Shown here piece after piece: positions 29,928-32,537 of a DNA stretch of 32,537 bases. The DNA lies in the NCBI GenBank assembly GCA_023345925.1, contig JAJQQN010001441.1, positions 1-32,537 of the forward strand. The letters run 5' to 3'. How positions within the stretch are numbered: position 1 is the first letter of the stretch; each line of letters opens with the position of its first letter. This DNA comes from Vannella sp. (lineage: Eukaryota). A model generated the notes under the pieces. That model was not told where the DNA came from, did no database searches, and saw only the letters and a program-made list of their open reading frames with translations. Made by a program: the position numbers and the translations under genes.

Positions 29928-32357
29928 TCATCCGCATTTACGTTTGGCAGGGTTGAGGCTGGGTGGTAAAACCCGCTTTGTTGGTCCAGCAAGCAAGAGC
30001 AAGGCAGCGAGTTCGTCTTTTCTCGGCTCCATGAGCCTCTGCTGGAGCAGAAAGTAATCAGCAGTTTTTGTGAGAATAGTTCGGTTCTCCTCGACTTCCA
30101 CACGCACCGAGAAGGCCGGATCAGACTTGCACTCTTCGGTGTTATCCAAGTGAAACTGGCAGGTGCGACTCACTTTCCACTGAAAGTTGTCTCTGAGGTC
30201 ATTGTATTGATCATAGTTCCCTGGATCTATGCAAAGGCTCGCCTCCTCACCTCTCAAGAATTCCTGGATTTTGGGATCCTTGCACAGTGCGAAGGGATAA
30301 GTCCCATCAAATTGTCTTCCTTCAGATGCCACAATGTACTTCAGTTTCACAACTCGGTCTTGCACTGCGAGTTTGACAATCATGCGTCTAGCAGCAGCTC
30401 CTTCAGGAAGTTTTCTTTGGGTCCACACCAGTAATTCATGCTTATCTTTTTCGGAAAGCGGAGGAATGTGTTTGTTAACCAATTCATCCAGATTTTCTTC
30501 AAGCTCATACATTCGACACTCCTCCACAAAAGACCGAATCTTGTGAATGGGGAGATTTGGAGTCTCTTTCTCGTATTCTCGAATCCATAGGGCCATGATC
30601 CGAGGAGCTCCTTCCTCCCTATGCGATGGGTGTGCAGCTTTCAGTGATGGTTCAGGATCGTTGGCAAAGACTTCTTTGATTCTACCGGACAAGAGATCCA
30701 AAATAAGCCCAAAGCTAGAGATTGGGTTCCTTTCCAGCGCCTGCTCCAGATGACTCCAGGGTTGATCCTTGAGGATACGATACAGCACTGTGTGGAACTG
30801 AATGTAAGTAAAATCAGGCCCTCCCTTTAATTGCGTGACGACCTTCGACAAACGGAGCCTCAGCGAAAGCGGCATGTTTGGTTGAATCAATGGAGTGACA
30901 AGTTTGAGGGTCTTTTTAGATCCCCAATTCTCCCGGATTTCGACAGATTCAAGCCATTTCTCCTGAATCTGTGTCTCATCCTCACCAGGAGGGTCTCTTG
31001 CAAAGCGCCGCAACCAGATAGGGTAGAACACCAACGGATTGCCAATTTTGGGGGAGAGCGAGTTCCAAGCAAATAGAATGGCAGAGGCTGAGCTTTGAAG
31101 CAGCCGAACTATCACTTCAAATTTCCGCTTTCTCTTGCTGAAGAACCAGGACACTTTGGAGCGCACTATTGGATCATCTGGTCCCAATTCAAGAACCATG
31201 CGTGACAAGGCACTCAGAGGATCTTTGCGAGAGTAAACAACCTCAGGAAGAGTACAGTCTCTCAAAACGAAGATCGCGGTTGCGTAACTTCTGTGCAAAT
31301 TTACACTTTTTGATTTCAATTTCTCCTCCTTTCCCTTGGAGAAACATAACTGCGATAAATGTGGCCCCATCTCCACCGCGAGAGGTAATTCAAGAGGGTC
31401 GAAGCAGGAACCTCCGTCCATTGCATACCATTGCAAGACAGTAAATCCGATAATTGTTCTCTCATCAGCACAGGCTATTTGCTTGGGAATCTCACTTAGA
31501 CGTTCGATTCTCCCGATGAAAACTCGTATCTTTGCACCTTGGGAAAGATATTGATTGCACTCGATCAGTCGCTCAATTCTCGCAGCGTCGTTTTTTCCGA
31601 AATCCTCACAGCCCGGTCGGTAGAATTGAGTCACGTTGTGAGAATCAGGACGTGGAAGAACGAACACAGGATTGCTGCTCTCCCACTTCTCAAAGATCTC
31701 TGCAAGCTCAGGCGCTCGATTGGGACGTTGAAGCTTTGGAATCGGGGACCCATTCATGAACATCCAATCCAAGTCAAAGACCAGAAGAGTGCGCTCTCCT
31801 GAGATCAGTTCTTCAAAGCGAACTTCCATTTCGGAGTAGAACAGCGCCAGTCCGCAGTAAAACATGGCCTGGTCGTTGCAAAAGGGAAGCAGATGATCCT
31901 CTCCGTTGGCACTGACAGTGATTGCACCGTTGGTGCACTTGGAAGGAAGTTGGACGAGCAAGCGAAGGAAGGTATCTCCTTCAGGCAACGGTAGAGAAAC
32001 AGCTTCTCCAGCCCTTTGAAAGATGGCAGCCTGGAGCTTTGGCGGGCCATGGGAGCTCCCAGGAAGGTGTAGTTTTTTGGTGGCAGTGGGCAGATACTCA
32101 ATCATATGCGAAAGCCATTGCTTATTACCGAAGCTCACACGATCCTGGCAGAAGCAAGCTGCTTCTCCTGAACTTTGGCGCTCAAAAGGGGGAGAACCGA
32201 ACACGGGCACGTCCTCCCCATCCACGCAAAGGCCACAAAGAGAGATCTGAATTGGTTGTGCAAAGAAGCAGTGAGGACCCTCCTCCTGACCAAAGAAGAA
32301 ATCCTCTCGGTCCTTCACTTGGCGCTCCATCCAAGAGGAGCCCAAAAGAAATGCCAA
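29928..32357 (-). CDS. 809-aa protein with a degenerate 2OG-Fe(II) oxygenase-like N-terminal domain
   Basis: Long intronless ORF. Segments GLCVDG, VSFGNKQW, LLVQLPSKCTNGAITV and ALFYSEMEVRFEELISGERTLLVFDL follow the pattern I recall for a DSBH 2OG-oxygenase family, but no HxD...H triad is evident. Confidence 0.6.
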   Translation of the reverse strand: MAFLLGSSWMERQVKDREDFFFGQEEGPHCFFAQPIQISLCGLCVDGEDVPVFGSPPFERQSSGEAACFCQDRVSFGNKQWLSHMIEYLPTATKKLHLPGSSHGPPKLQAAIFQRAGEAVSLPLPEGDTFLRLLVQLPSKCTNGAITVSANGEDHLLPFCNDQAMFYCGLALFYSEMEVRFEELISGERTLLVFDLDWMFMNGSPIPKLQRPNRAPELAEIFEKWESSNPVFVLPRPDSHNVTQFYRPGCEDFGKNDAARIERLIECNQYLSQGAKIRVFIGRIERLSEIPKQIACADERTIIGFTVLQWYAMDGGSCFDPLELPLAVEMGPHLSQLCFSKGKEEKLKSKSVNLHRSYATAIFVLRDCTLPEVVYSRKDPLSALSRMVLELGPDDPIVRSKVSWFFSKRKRKFEVIVRLLQSSASAILFAWNSLSPKIGNPLVFYPIWLRRFARDPPGEDETQIQEKWLESVEIRENWGSKKTLKLVTPLIQPNMPLSLRLRLSKVVTQLKGGPDFTYIQFHTVLYRILKDQPWSHLEQALERNPISSFGLILDLLSGRIKEVFANDPEPSLKAAHPSHREEGAPRIMALWIREYEKETPNLPIHKIRSFVEECRMYELEENLDELVNKHIPPLSEKDKHELLVWTQRKLPEGAAARRMIVKLAVQDRVVKLKYIVASEGRQFDGTYPFALCKDPKIQEFLRGEEASLCIDPGNYDQYNDLRDNFQWKVSRTCQFHLDNTEECKSDPAFSVRVEVEENRTILTKTADYFLLQQRLMEPRKDELAALLLLAGPTKRVLPPSLNPAKRKCG

Positions 32358-32406
32358 GATGCCAATAGAAATAACTTATTAATCCTCCGGGCATATTTAT
32401 GTATCT

Positions 32407-32430
32407 AAAACCGGGTTATAACCCGGTTTT
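32407..32430. repeat. Perfect 24-bp palindrome AAAACCGGGTTATAACCCGGTTTT
   Basis: Self reverse-complementary, about 50 bp upstream of the ATG at 32357. Confidence 0.9.
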
Positions 32431-32537
32431 TCGTCATTCTTAATGAAATTAAGAGGTATTACGTAAACTAACCATAGATCGGTGGCAATTTCTGTATCTA
32501 ACCATGATCGGGAGAACCCGATTAGGAAATCCCGATC

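Overview
Gene-dense eukaryotic genomic DNA of about 50% GC, most consistent with a protist with a compact genome; the organism cannot be named from sequence alone. It is not prokaryotic: the fragmented ORF track is explained by about 33 very short GT-AG introns (43-71 nt), which I placed by hand so that each spliced model stays in frame. About 16 protein-coding genes are present, mostly separated by short spacers. In order: a secreted MRH-like plus ependymin-like protein, a membrane Zn-ribbon protein, an ankyrin-repeat protein, a small membrane protein with a decayed tandem copy, cytoplasmic dynein intermediate chain, a helicase-less Pol theta/nu-like A-family DNA polymerase, a two-pore K+ channel with EF-hands, an RCC1-repeat protein, STT3, a large LRR protein, a PHD-TFIIS_M-SPOC protein, a PAP2 phosphatase, an NTF2-RRM-RGG (G3BP-like) protein, ESF2, a membrane-fused sulfotransferase-like protein and a degenerate 2OG-Fe(II) oxygenase-like protein. 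The most striking non-coding element is a near-perfect foldback at 2767-2928 (63-bp arms, 61/63 matched) built from a 42-bp repeat, a candidate small-RNA hairpin precursor. Family assignments come from recalled motifs, not database searches.
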